A stretch of 64,000 bases of DNA from Trichodelitschia bisporula (Eukaryota). This document shows positions 36,586 through 46,652 of this stretch, piece by piece. The notes under the pieces were generated by a model, which saw only the letters and a program-made list of their open reading frames with translations, did not search any database and was not told the DNA's origin. The DNA lies in contig ML996696.1 of the NCBI GenBank assembly GCA_010356995.1, forward strand, positions 684,364 through 748,363, read 5' to 3'. The position numbers and the translations under genes were made by a program. Within the stretch, counting starts at the first letter, position 1, and each line of letters starts with the position of its first letter.

Positions 36586-37615
36586 CGCCTCTTCTCTCGC
36601 CTTCCCATCTCATTTACTCTTTGCACGAGGCATCATCTCTGTTGCTCTCTTTCTGGCTCAAGTAGCTCCCAATCCATCGTTTCTTCTTCGGTTCGTCTCC
36701 ACGATTCAGCGCGAGGCATCTTCTCCGCTGTGCTGCTTCTGGGACCAGCTAAAATCAACGCAATTGCCTCTTCTTCGGCTCGTCTCTGCGATTCAGCGCG
36801 AGGCATCGTCTCCGCTGCTGATCCTGGGGGGGGAGTCGAAGAGGAAGTATTGTCCCTCCTTCGCCTCATCCCCACTCTTCCTCGCGAGGCTGAGTACTCG
36901 CGGCGCGCATCCTGGGGCCGCAGCATCCCGCATTATTGCCTCTTTCTTCGGCTCGTCTCCACGATTCAGCGCGAGACTGAGTTCTCGCTGTGTGCATCCT
37001 GGGGCCAGTGCAAGAAGAGGTATTGTCCCTCCTTCGGCTCATCTCCACGATTCAGCGCGAGGCTGAGTCCTCGCTGCGGACTTCCTGCCTGTCGAATGCA
37101 GCAAGGAATTATCTCTTCTTCGGCTCATCTCGACGATTCAGCGCGAGGCTGACTCTCCGCTGCAGACTTCCTTGCTGGCGAACAGGAGGACAAATTGTCT
37201 CTCTCGCCTCATCCCCACTCTTCCTCACGAAGCATCGTCTCCTTCCCGCTCATCTTGGATGATGACGATGATGGTATATTGTTTCTTCTTCGGCTCACTC
37301 CACTCTTTCGCACGAGGTATCGTCTCCGCTGTGCTGCTCCTGTGGCCGCAGCATCCCGCATTATTGTCTCTTTCTTCGGCTCGTCTCCACGATTCAGCGC
37401 GAGGCCGAGGCCCCGCTGCGGACTTCCTGGTCCTCAATCAAAATGATCCATGGTCTCTCCTTGGGCTCATCTCCACTCTTTCGCACGAGGCATCGCCTCA
37501 CGTTCATCCTGGTTTTGAAATCCACCTCGATATCGTCCCTCCTTCGCCTCCAGAACCCCTCCTTTCCCCACGGGCCCAGCACCATCCCTCCCATCCAGGA
37601 CCACCGTACTCCACA
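36586..37615 (+). repeat. Array 1: ~12 units of ~86 bp, with a conserved ~55-nt core and a variable ~25-30-nt spacer
   Basis: Unit starts at 36676, 36763, 36849, 36935, 37022, 37108, 37194, 37278, 37363, 37450 and 37532. Consensus ATTGTCTCTTCTTCGGCTCRTCTCCACGATTCAGCGCGAGGC....TCTCCGCTG. Confidence 0.92.
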
Positions 37616-37696
37616 TCGATTCCAGCACCCAACACCCTCCCCCACCCGCCCCCGTCCGGTCGGGGTGGTATCCGGGGGAGTCCGACACGCTTCTCG

Positions 37697-40075
37697 ATCT
37701 CCGCCCCTGCGTCCCGCCCCTCGGCACTCCCACCCGGGGCTGGCCAGACTACCAAACTCTCAAAACGTGTCTCCGCCGTCGGCGCCTCACGTCCGGTGCG
37801 GGCCCGTAACGTTATCCGGGGCCTCCTTCTCAGCCTCTGATCTCCGCCCCGGCGTCTCGTCCTCGACAACCCACCTCGACTACCCAACTCGTTCGGGGGC
37901 CGGCCAGGCTGTCTACCGAGACCGTTCATGCTCTGCCGTCGGTGCCGCACTCCCGTCGCCATCATCCATCGCCATTCCAGCTCTTCGCTCCCGTCCGGTC
38001 GGGACGGCATCCGGGAAACCTACAACCCCGCAAGATCTCCGCCCTGGTATCCTGCCCTCGGCACTCCCACCGGGGGCTGGCCAGGCCACGAAACTCGCCA
38101 AGTCATGTCTCCGCCGTCGGCGTCGCGCGCCCGTCGCCATCATCCATCGCTATTTAGCTCTTCGCACCCGTTCCGTCCGGGCCGGCAGTTGGGACCTCTA
38201 CTCTACCCCCATATTCCCACCCCCTGGTATCCTGCCCTCGGCACTCCCACCCGGGGCTGGCCAGACGGCCAAAGGTATAAAGCGATTTCTCCACTGTCGG
38301 CGCCGCGCGCCCGTTAGTATCTATCGCCATCCGCCAGGTCTTCCGCCTCACGCCCGGTGCTGGCCGGAAGCCGGGCGCCTATCCGGCCACAATATTCCCG
38401 CGCCTGGTGTTCCGTCCTTCGCTACCTCTACTTGCTCGGGGCTGGCCGGGCGCTCATCCATCTCTCTGCATGCTCCTACCGTTGGTCCCGCGGGTACCTC
38501 GCCATCATCAATCGCTACGAGCCAGGCTTTCCGCCTACGGTCGGGTCCGGGCCGGTGAATCGGGCGCCTAGAGAGGCAGCGCTATCTCCGCGTCCCGACG
38601 TCCCGCCCTTCGCTACCCGCACTCTTCTGGGGCCTGGTTGGGCGTGGCAAGATGAAATATGGTCCTGCCGTCGGCGCCCCGCCCCGCTACTGTCATCTAT
38701 CGCTATGAACTACGCCTTCTGCCTACCATCGGTTCCGGGCCGGTACGCCGGGCAGGCAGAAATGCAAATCCATCTCCGCGCCCGGCGTCCCGTCCTCGCT
38801 ACCTCTACTCCATTAGGGCTGGCCGGGCATGTACGCCAGAACTACTATTGTCCTGCCGTCGGCGCCGCGCCCCGCCACCATCGTCTATCGCTATCTGCCC
38901 GGTATTAGGCGAGCGCGACTGGCACGGCCGGAAACTCATCAACATGCTCCAGCTTCCAGATCATGAACTGAAATCCAATCACCGGGTCAGGGCCGGTAAA
39001 TCGGGCCCTCAAGCGCATCAAGCGATCTCCGTGCCCGGCGTCTCGTCCTCACTGCCCCTACTCAGTCAGGGCCGGCCGTGCACGGGAAGTAGTGGCTTCA
39101 TTCTCCTACTGTCGGCGCTGCGCGGACACGCCGTCGTGAGCTATCGCCATACGCCAGGCCTTCCGCCTCGCGTTTTAGCCGGGCCGGCAGCCGGGACGCA
39201 TTTCGGCACGTCGTATCTCTACCCCCGGCAGGTCATGCCAACCTCTCATGCGCTCGCTCGGGCTGGCCGGGCAGTATGAGCTGACCAAATACACTCGGTG
39301 CTGGCTCGGTTCATGACGACCTCCGCATACGCCCTTGCCGCCGGCGCTGCTTATACCTACCGCCATCGTCCATCGCCATCTACCAGTTCTTCCGCCTCAC
39401 GTCCGGTCTAAGCCGGCAGCTAGGACGCCCTCCTCCCTTCGTATCTCTGTCCCCGGCAGGGCATGCCAACCGCTCATTCGCTCCCTCGGGCTGGCCGGGC
39501 AGTACGAACTGACCAAACATGATCGGGGCTGGCCTGGGCCTACACTATATTCATCTACAGTCCCGGCGCTGGCGCCGCTTCCACCCGTCGCCATCGTCCA
39601 TCGCCATTCCAGCTCCTCGCCCCCCATCCGGCCGGGCCAGTACGTCGGGCTTTCCAACCACCCATAATATCTCCGCGCCCGGCGTCCCGTCCTCGCTACC
39701 CCTATTTGGTCAGGGCGGGCCGGGCGAATGACGGAGAAACTCTATTGTCCTGTCGTCGGCGCCACGCGCACCTGTCGTCGTGAGCTATCGCCATGCGCTA
39801 GGTCTTCCGCCCTACATTCGGGCCGGGCCGGCAGCCCGGACGCAGCACGCCACCTCGTATCTCTACGCCCGACACGGCATCCCGGCCCATCATTCGCTCG
39901 CTCGGGGCCTGTGGGCATGAAAAGCTGGATACGCATGCTCGGTGCTGGTCCAGGCCTAGAGCACCTTCGTCAATGGTCCCGCCGCTGGCGCCGCTTGCAC
40001 CCGTCGCTATCGTCCGTCGCCATCCGCCATATCTTCCGCTCCGTCGGGCAAAAGTATCCCGGCAAGAATGTGCCC
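37697..40075 (+). repeat. Array 2: ~12 dimeric (A+B) stem-loop units, modal period ~190 bp, with variable linkers
   Basis: B units (ATCTCCGCGCCCGGC...GGGCTGGCCGGGC) start at 37697, 37840, 38035, 38213, 38394, 38584, 38772, 39025, 39215, 39443, 39669 and 39859. They alternate with A units (ATTGTCCTGCCGTCGGCGCC...CATCGYYAT...GGGCCGGCAGCCGGGA). Confidence 0.9.
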
Positions 40076-43000
40076 CGCCGGTCAGCGCCGCGCACCAGTG
40101 CCCGGGCGCGCTTCGGTGACCCCGGTGCTGGGATCGGCTGGCTGCGCAGATAAACAATGCGGCGTGGCCAGGTTAACAATATGACGACCATAATGCTTCC
40201 GTCCTCGGCGCTCCTCCACTTTATCCCATGCGCTCTGCCTGCGCTGGTGCCGCGCAACGGCGGCGGGGCGTGTTGGCATAGCTTCGTATGCTGAGGTTGG
40301 CAGGGCGTGGGGATGTACGATGCAGCTGGTCCGGGGCGTGAGGAGTGCGAGTGATGCCTCCGGCTGCTCGGCGGCCAGGCTCTCCTACTCCTCCAGCCAT
40401 GCTGCGGTTGGCGTGTCCTGCGCGGGATATGCGGCTGGGCCGGCGGTCAGGAGCAGAAGTGTTGCAATATATGCGGCTGTCGTTTGCTCGTCTTTCGTGG
40501 TCCGACGGATACGGCACACGCTACGGTCGACGTGCCCTCGTCACGCCTAGCATCGACTCTGCTGGGATGCGCAAAGAGGGAGATGATGTTGCCGTCGTTT
40601 TCTCGTCTTCCGGAGTCGACACCGGACGCGCTACGCGTTGCTATCCTTGTGTCTTCGGCATATGCGGATGGCGGCTAGGCCGGGGCCGTGAAAGGTCTAT
40701 TTTATGCTGCTGCCGGCGTGCCCTCGTCACGCCGAATACGGCTCGGTCGGGTCCAGAATCAGAAGACCAATGCTAGGCCTTTCGAGCCCGTTCGCGACCC
40801 GGAGGGTCTCGGGTAAATATGCCCGTTCCTCCCTTGCAATGCGCTGACCCCCTAGATGTACTGGATTCCGCGGCTTTGACGAGGTCGGAACAGCGTCGCA
40901 TGTCCCGCTGGGTCTCAACCTACTTCCGGGACAGAGCCTCGGTCCCCTTCGCGCGACACGTATGCTCCCGTTGTCTGCTCGTCTTCCGAAGCGTATACCG
41001 ACGGACCTCTCACCACGGCTGCTGCTACAGGTGTTCTATTCATCGCTGTTTCTCCATCGACATCACCAACTTTCATGGTTATGCTTTGGTACCCAACAAT
41101 GCGAAGCTATGCTCCTGTCCGGTCCTCTCTCGCTTCTGGTTAAGCCCGACTCGGTCCGGTAGGCCCCCTCCCACCATTCCCCGCTCCTTAGTCTAGGTCA
41201 GGCTGATACTGGGTAAAGCATCCCGGCTGGTCTCACTACCTATCCATTCCCGGCTCCTAAGCCTAGGTCAGGTTGATATAGGGTGAGGCATTCCGGCATT
41301 TAACCCGTCTTCCATATGTGCGCTGGCCGGTGTCTGGATCCTCTCCCCCACCTCATATTGCGCCTCTGTCTCTGGGATCTGGCGGAAGGTGCTCAGTGCC
41401 ACATTTATGTGCGACGGCCCTAGGTGTGCCACAGCCCGAGTCCGGCTGGTGCAATGGGCCGCCTTGTCATCCATCAGAACCTGGTGCTCGGCATCCCATC
41501 GCGGCTCCCATGATCGCGCCCCCGTTTCCGAAAGCATTGTCAATCAAGAGCATACGGCCCACCCGCGCCGCGTCCCGCGTGGTGCTGAGGAGGTCAAGCT
41601 CTTCAACGATGGCCGGCCTGTCCATTTAGCCCGACAGCAAGTCTCCAACCGGTGTCTCGGCCCGTGCATCGGCCCGTGCATCGCGATCGCCTCGCTCACG
41701 GGAGACTTTCCAGGGCTTCGCCATCCAATTCGATGCGGCTCGCCCGCGTGGCGTCCCGCGAGCGGCCACGCATCCTATCGCTGCATGCCGCTCTGCGCGG
41801 CTCGGTCCAGCACCATCACTTAGTTCATCTTATCTCTCAACCCCCTATGGCCCGGGCCGTCCCTAGGCCGGACAACATCTGCCCGAATTGCCGTTCCGGT
41901 CTCGCTGGGTCATTTTATCTCAATGCTTGCGCCGGTCTCCGGGCCGCCTTCAACAACCTCGATTCGGCTACGGCTGTCGAGTCCCGAAGTCGGGCCCGGC
42001 GAGGAGCCTGTTCTCGCCATTGTTCCCATGGCCGGTTAGCTCGTCTAGCCGCACCTCCCATGCTTGGTTCGTGCCCGGGGGCCCGGGCGGCGAGAATGTC
42101 CAGCACTTGCGGGCCCGGTGTGACCCTCCTGTCACATACCGGCAGCCGTCCTACCCGGCGTGTTCCGCTTTCAGCCTCGTTGGCCGAGCCTGGATCCGGA
42201 ATTTAGGGCAACTCGTCGGCTCGTGCCTAAGCCCGGCGGCTGAACACGAAGGACGATTGCGGGCTCGGTCTCTGCGCAAGCATTCGAATTTGGGGTTACG
42301 GCCCCTTCTGCCAGGTCAAGACGACAGCATATTTCGGTGGCCTATCTTCCTCTCGTAGCCGCGGCACCAGTCCCCTCACTCCCACCGATCAGACAGATCT
42401 TCCAAGACCTCATCGATGCACCCCCACACCACCGCCATCAAAACCCTCAACACCCTCACTATCAGCATTTGCGTATGCGTTTGCACAGACGCTGTCAAAA
42501 GAGACCCAACCAGACAAGTCAAGTATCCCATGACCTCTGGCGCACACCGTATCAACAGCTGGATATGATTTCGGCCCTGTCTCCTGTGTGCTGGCCGGCC
42601 CACTGGATGTTTCGTAATCCACGCCCAGAATCAGTTCCCTGCGCCGTTTTCCATCGGCATATTCATCTCCACGACATGTCCGTGGCGCCTTTGGACTACA
42701 TGGCTTCATCGCCGGCGGTTCCTGGGCCAAAGTCCAAATGAACAATGTGCCGGTGTCTGGCCCCAAACTCAAATGGCGAACGTGACGGTGTCTGGCATTC
42801 GACTCTGCGAGTCCATCTGCCGGCGTCCGTCGTCCGATACAGATGGCGACTGTGCCAGATCCGCCTTTGCAGCCGAGTCCAACGCCCACCCGCGGCGCCC
42901 ACGGCTGCTATATCAAGTCTAAGGGCTACTTGGCCCGTCCCGCTCCGCTAAGGTCACTCATAGCACCAGTCCGGAAACTCGGGCTCAACATTCATCTCTA

Positions 43001-44629
43001 CTGTGCGTAAGGGTCGCCCACTTGTTCTAGGACTCAGCGTCGGGAGACGGGGCCCAAAAATCAGCGGCCTATGTCGGTGAGCTTGGCTGCTCGCTGTCTA
43101 GTCGGGCATAGTCTTCTACTACTGTATTCGTGCCTTGTCGGCTGCACGGCTTCATCGCCCGGCTCGAGTGTGGATCACCGAAGGTCTATCATCGGGCTCC
43201 CTCGCTGCCCCGCGGTTCTGGGTACTGTGACAAATTATTCATTGTCCCGCGGCGGCTGCGTGGCTTCGTCACGCGGCTCGGGCCGAGACGCACTAAATGG
43301 ATTTATGCCCCGCTCGCTGCTCCGCAGTCACCGGCATAACCAAGTCAAGATGCATCTTCTACCCCCCCGCTGTCCCGCAGTCCCGGACCTTGACTAGCCG
43401 ATATGTACCTTTTGGCCCCCTCGCTGCCTTGCAGTCCTCGGGCGGCCTTCCAAACGTCTCTTGCCTCGTGGCGGCTGCGGCGTCTTGGGCCGCCTATCCA
43501 GCAGCAATTTACCGTGGGACCCGCCGCGAGCTCTCGGTCCGAAGATCTCGGTCGGATCAACTGAACTGTATTCGTGCAGTACGATTCTACTTGAGCTCGG
43601 CCTCGCTTTCACTCGTTCGGCCGTTCAGGTCGGGCCAAGTACAACGACCCTCGATCGTGGTGCTCCGGTGGAAGCTGGAGCCACCCAGGCCTGGCCGGGT
43701 TTGTAAACCTTCTATCTCATTCAGCTCTCCTTCTTTATTAGCCATGCGGGGTGATCCGGACCAGTGACCAGTCTGTCCAGACCTAACGAACTAAGGATCG
43801 GCCCAAGCTTCACCCAGCACGGTGCAGGCGGATCATGTGCGGCTTGTGCCTCAACCCATTTCTGCCATGCCTTCGTCATGCCAAATGGCCTACTACGCTC
43901 CGGTCCCACTCGAACTTCATAATTGCCGGCCCCGAATTAAGACATCTGATTTTGGGCGTCCTTCAGACCATGAAATGGCCGGGTCTGAACCTTTAACGCA
44001 TCATTGCCGGTGTTGCCCCACCTTCTGAACTTTACTACCAGACGTCCTCCCGTCGTCACATCACCGCCAGCTGGAGTTGTGATTTCTCAAAACAGGACCT
44101 ACGTGCTCGCACGCTGCCTGCGTCTCGCAGTTCGACAAAGGTTAACAGATGTATCTGCTGAGCCAGGATTACCTCATTTCCATCAGATGGTCTGGTCGGC
44201 TCCACCTCAGGCCCTGTGCCTAACTGTCCTATGATTTGGCGGGTTTGCGGCCGACCTCACTCAACCCGTATGGGATCGCTTCGTTTCCGATTCGTCCTAA
44301 TGGCATCGTTCTCCGGTTCAGCATTAACGAGCCGAGTAAATCTCACAGGACCATTACTTTTGCGCTGTGTCCAGCGGGCCCCGGGCGACCACTTATCGCA
44401 TGAACTGTTCGGCTCGGCGCGCGGTCGACATCGACGACGATGTATCGTGCCAGGCAACTTTTGCCATCCTGTCATGTCCGCGGCCGGCCGCGCCCGGAAG
44501 TCTCGAGTGCCATTTTGCCCAATTATGGATCGCCATGACTGCCCTGTGTGCGAGATGAAGCGCTGTCTGGCGCCAGGAGGAATTCACCCATTGCTGTGGT
44601 CTTCTGGCGGGGGCTGGCTAGCAGCACCC

Positions 44630-46652
44630 ACTTCCAATGTACCTGCCGTTGGTACCGGCCGAAGTGACGCGCTCGGGTCATGCAGACACAGACACCGACA
44701 CATTTGTTCCTCCTCGGTCCGTCTGCGCTCGATAGCCACGTATGGGATCAAGGGTGAACAAGGAAACGAAGCATTGCTGTTGCGCGGTCTGGACTTGCAG
44801 CGCCGGTATGCCCGGCTTGAGCGCCAATGAGCTTGTACATCGCTGCTATGATCTTCCGGTCGGGACTGGCCGATGTCGACATGGACACATGTGCCCTCTT
44901 TCCTTCGGCTGCACGCGGTACCGGGCCCGGGGCCCGGCTCACCATGCCGCCACCCCATTTCCCCGCATTCCGTCGGCGCCCACAAAAGCGGGGCACTTGA
45001 GTCGGTCGTATCGCTGCTGTTATAGGTTTACTTCTCCTCGGTCCGCCTGTGCTCGATGACGGGCGGGTAATCCGGAGAACTTCCGAGCCAGCTGATTGCG
45101 GTTGCGCAGTCGGGGCTTATACCACCGGCAAAGCTTGTTCGGGCGCCCAACAGCGCCGAATATTCGCCGTCGGCCCGTCCACAGGAGACACAGGGCGCGG
45201 AGGCCGGATACCATGAACTTTGGTTCATTACCGTTGGGCAAACGAGCATTTCCTGGATGTCCGCCGTCTGGCCGGCTTGGGCGGGTATACTGGAGCAGCA
45301 GTAGGCAATCGAATGTGCTGTCTTCCCGGTTACGACGCACGGCACTGGGCCGGCAGATCGGCAAGCAGTCCCGTAAGCTTATTACCGGGCACCAGTACCA
45401 GGTCGACAACTGTTCACCGCAATGTGTCCCTCAGTCCGTTACGCTTTGACGGCGGGCGCGTAGTCCAGGACGAGAAGCTGGTGAAAAAATGCGGTTGTGT
45501 GGTCCGGGCTTGCGGCTGGCATACCCGGTAATTACAAAAGTTTTCCGATGCCCGTGCCGTCGGTTGGCCTGCTTAGCGGATGTGGATACAAAGAAATGTG
45601 CCCTCTTCCTTTCGGCTGCCTACAGTACTGGACCGGATCCCGGTATGCCGCCTCTCGCACTCATTGCCGCCTGCGTCGGGCTGGGCACGAGGTACCCCTC
45701 GCATGCGTTTCTCAGTCCATTGCACTCAACAGGGGGCGTAGTCCGGAGCCCCAAGGCGGACAAGCATTGCGGTTGCGCGGTCGGGGCTTTTAGCCGACGT
45801 GCCCGGCAAACCTTACAATGTTCGTATGTCCGTGCCGTCGGTCCGGTCGCGGCAAATGCGGGGTCTCTAACCGGGGCAACACCCCACACCCTTATTGCTG
45901 CCCGGCGCGGCTGGCCCTGATTAAGAAACTCGCCGCTCATTTTCGTCGGTTGGCCTTCTTGGGGGACATTAAAGCCCATCATACTGCCCTCCTCCTTCCG
46001 GCTGCGTACGATACTAGGCCGGTAGGCCGGCGGCCCGTCCTACACCCTAATTGCTGCCTGCGCCGGAGCGGGGCTTGCAGCCGACGTGCCCAGCACGCAT
46101 ACCCACCCCCTCATTCGGTCCGGCCGCGAGGGGGCAGGTGCCACTAGCCGAGACAACGCACAACCGCTCAAATTGCCTCCTCGGCTCGGCCGGCCCGGAT
46201 GAACAAGCGCATCAAAGATTTCCGTCACTTGGCTTTCCCGGGCAACAGCACATCCGCGAAACTGCCCTATTCCTTTCGGCTGCGTACGGTACTACCCCCG
46301 GAGTCCGGCGGCGAGTACTTCAAGTCCATTGCCGCGCGCGCCTAGGCTAGGCGCAAGACACTCACTCGCATGCGTCCCTCGGTTGCGTTGCGCCCGGTCG
46401 CGGGCCGAGTCCGGGCCTGGAATACAGCCACGAATTCGGCTGCGCGGCCGGGGCTTAGCACCGGCGTGCCCGGTTTACATACAAAGAGAACCATGTCCGT
46501 GCCGGCGGTCCGGCCGGGAGGTACTGGCACGTAGCCGGGGCCGAGAAAGCCGCAAAGGATTGCCGTCCGGCGTGGCGGGGCCGGGTCCGGAGTGCTCACC
46601 CTTCATGTCTGCCGTCGGCCTGCCTGTGGGGGATGCGGGGCGGTCGGGCTGA
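44630..46652 (+). repeat. Array 5: highly degenerate multi-part repeat related to the array 2 A unit
   Basis: Recurring ATGTCCGTGCCGTCGG(T/C)(T/C)GGCC (~44637, 45257, 45548, 45826, 46493, 46605) and CCCTCTTCCTTTCGGCTGC.TACGGTAC (~44894, 45600, 45987, 46266). Confidence 0.75.

Noticed and set aside
36586..37615. Bona fide CRISPR array
   Set aside because: The context is eukaryotic, there are no cas genes, and the repeats are long (~55 nt) and too degenerate. Only the architecture is similar.
36586..40075. TIGR-like or box C/D snoRNA array functionally linked to the Nop-domain gene (NOP56) in the window
   Set aside because: CTGA occurs in only four array 1 loops and a box C-like ATGATGA only once. 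The units are much longer than the 36-nt TIGR units. NOP56 is an ordinary housekeeping orthologue 14 kb beyond the block.
37697..40075. H/ACA snoRNA cluster (hairpin-hinge-hairpin-tail)
   Set aside because: No consistent ANANNA hinge or ACA tail in the linkers.
36332..46652. Long ORFs in the array block (e.g. 37443-38558, 36332-37066) as real repeat proteins
   Set aside because: Unit lengths are not multiples of three, so the same repeat is read in different frames. The translations are R/P/A/S-rich as expected for GC-rich non-coding DNA, and no domain motifs are present.
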